Below, in pieces: positions 62,205-64,000 of a stretch of 64,000 bases of DNA. A model generated the notes under the pieces. It saw nothing but the letters and a program-made list of their open reading frames with translations. It was not told where the DNA came from and did no database searches. The translations under genes were made by a program, and so were the position numbers. The first letter of the stretch is position 1. Each line of letters begins with the position of its first letter. Where the stretch lies: NCBI RefSeq assembly GCF_054482525.1, contig NZ_CM137006.1; one strand, given 5' to 3'.

Positions 62205-63890
62205 TTGAAGAAGGTTTGGCTTAACCGTTATCCCGCGGACGTTCCGACGGAGATCAACCCTGACCGTTATCAATCTCTGGTAGATATGTTTGAGCAGTCG
62301 GTCGCGCGCTACGCCGATCAGCCTGCGTTTGTGAATATGGGGGAGGTAATGACCTTCCGCAAGCTGGAAGAACGCAGTCGCGCGTTTGCCGCTTATTTGC
62401 AACAAGGGTTGGGGCTGAAGAAAGGCGATCGCGTTGCGTTGATGATGCCTAACTTATTGCAATATCCGGTGGCGCTGTTTGGCATTTTGCGTGCCGGGAT
62501 GATCGTTGTAAACGTTAACCCGTTGTATACCCCGCGTGAACTTGAGCATCAGCTTAACGATAGCGGCGCATCGGCGATTGTTATCGTGTCTAACTTTGCC
62601 CACACTCTGGAAAAAGTGGTTGATAAAACCGCCGTTCAGCACGTAATTCTGACCCGTATGGGCGATCAGCTATCTACGGCAAAAGGCACGGTAGTCAATT
62701 TCGTTGTTAAATACATCAAGCGTCTGGTGCCGAAATACCATCTGCCAGATGCCATTTCATTTCGTAGCGCCCTGCACAACGGCTACCGGATGCAGTACGT
62801 CAAACCCGAACTGGTGCCGGAAGATTTAGCTTTCCTGCAATACACCGGCGGTACCACTGGTGTGGCGAAAGGCGCGATGCTGACTCACCGCAATATGCTG
62901 GCGAACCTGGAACAGGTTAACGCGACCTATGGTCCGCTGTTGCATCCGGGCAAAGAGCTGGTGGTGACGGCGCTGCCGCTGTATCACATTTTTGCCCTGA
63001 CCATTAACTGCCTGCTGTTTATCGAACTGGGTGGGCAGAACCTGCTTATCACTAACCCGCGCGATATTCCAGGGTTGGTAAAAGAGTTAGCGAAATATCC
63101 GTTTACCGCTATCACTGGCGTTAACACCTTGTTCAATGCGTTGCTGAACAATAAAGAGTTCCAGCAGCTGGATTTCTCCAGTCTGCATCTTTCCGCAGGC
63201 GGAGGGATGCCTGTTCAGCAAGTGGTGGCAGAACGTTGGGTGAAACTGACTGGACAGTATCTGCTGGAAGGTTATGGCCTGACCGAGTGTGCGCCGCTGG
63301 TCAGCGTTAACCCGTATGATATTGATTATCATAGCGGTAGCATCGGTTTGCCGGTGCCATCGACGGAAGCCAAACTGGTGGATGACGACGACAACGAAGT
63401 ACCACCGGGTCAACCGGGTGAGCTTTGTGTCAAAGGACCGCAGGTGATGCTGGGTTACTGGCAGCGTCCGGATGCTACCGATGAAATCATCAAAAATGGC
63501 TGGTTACACACCGGCGACATCGCGGTGATGGATGAAGAAGGATTCCTGCGTATTGTCGATCGCAAAAAAGACATGATTCTGGTTTCCGGTTTTAACGTCT
63601 ATCCCAACGAGATTGAAGATGTCGTCATGCAGCATCCTGGCGTACAGGAAGTCGCGGCTGTTGGCGTACCTTCTGGCTCCAGTGGTGAAGCGGTGAAAAT
63701 CTTCGTAGTGAAAAAAGATCCATCGCTTACCGAAGAGTCACTGGTGACCTTTTGCCGCCGTCAGCTCACGGGCTACAAAGTACCGAAGCTGGTGGAGTTT
63801 CGTGATGAGTTACCGAAATCTAACGTCGGAAAAATTTTGCGACGAGAATTACGTGACGAAGCGCGCGGCAAAGTGGACAATAAAGCCTGA
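62205..63890 (+). CDS. fadD: Long-chain fatty acid-CoA ligase FadD
   Basis: TTG at 62205 gives (M)[32 protein letters not shown]…; 561 aa; AMP-binding motif [14 protein letters not shown]; the track ORF extends upstream in-frame. Confidence 0.93.
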
Positions 63891-63906
63891 GCGTTAAGTC
63901 AGTCGT

Positions 63907-63935
63907 CAGACGCCGGTTAATCCGGCGTTTTTTTT
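63907..63935 (+). terminator. Intrinsic terminator downstream of fadD
   Basis: CGCCGG-TTAATC-CGGCG hairpin followed by a T8 run. Confidence 0.8.
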
Positions 63936-63959
63936 GACGCCCACTAAAGAGAATACAAT

Positions 63960-64000
63960 TTGAATTACCAAATGATTACCACGGACGATGCGCTGGCTTC
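63960..64000 (+). CDS. rnd: Ribonuclease D, first 13 codons only (continues beyond window)
   Basis: TTG AAT TAC CAA ATG ATT ACC ACG GAC GAT GCG CTG GCT reads (M)NYQMITTDDALA, the RNase D N-terminus; rnd is known to initiate at UUG. Confidence 0.7.
   Translation, partial: MNYQMITTDDALA

Overview
This window reads as a conserved Escherichia coli-type chromosomal segment, in reverse-complement orientation relative to the K-12 map as I recall it. It runs from the 3' end of yebC through ruvCAB, znuACB, mepM, lpxM, pykA, hexR, zwf-edd-eda, purT, yebGFE, ptrB, exoX, holE, copCD, sdsR/ryeA, pphA, rsmF, letAB, msrC, proQ, prc, htpX, yebQ, kdgR, mgrB, yebO, yobF-cspC, rlmA, mntP, manXYZ, yoaE, pdeD, sdaA, nudL, pabB, yoaH/C/B/A, tsaB, yeaY and fadD to the first codons of rnd. 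Gene identities come from reading the supplied translations and the DNA directly and matching them to protein families and E. coli genes from memory; no database search was run. I did not find a multi-gene novel system. Every long ORF not assigned to a gene lies antisense to a well-supported housekeeping gene. The accessory content I can support is three insertion sequences absent from the K-12 arrangement: (1) a 1432-bp IS3-family element (IS1397-like) inserted in the loop of a REP palindromic unit between lpxM and pykA, with a 4-bp target duplication and an A_AAA_AAG frameshift site; (2) an IS200/IS605-family element with divergent tnpA and tnpB between yebE and ptrB, whose tnpB is frameshifted by a 7-bp tandem triplication; (3) an IS200 copy between htpX and yebQ with its two left-end hairpins. 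Other features read from the sequence include the SdsR/RyeA sRNA locus, the mntP leader, LexA, Zur, PurR and FadR operator-like sites, intrinsic terminators and a BIME cluster. IS boundaries other than IS1397 are approximate.
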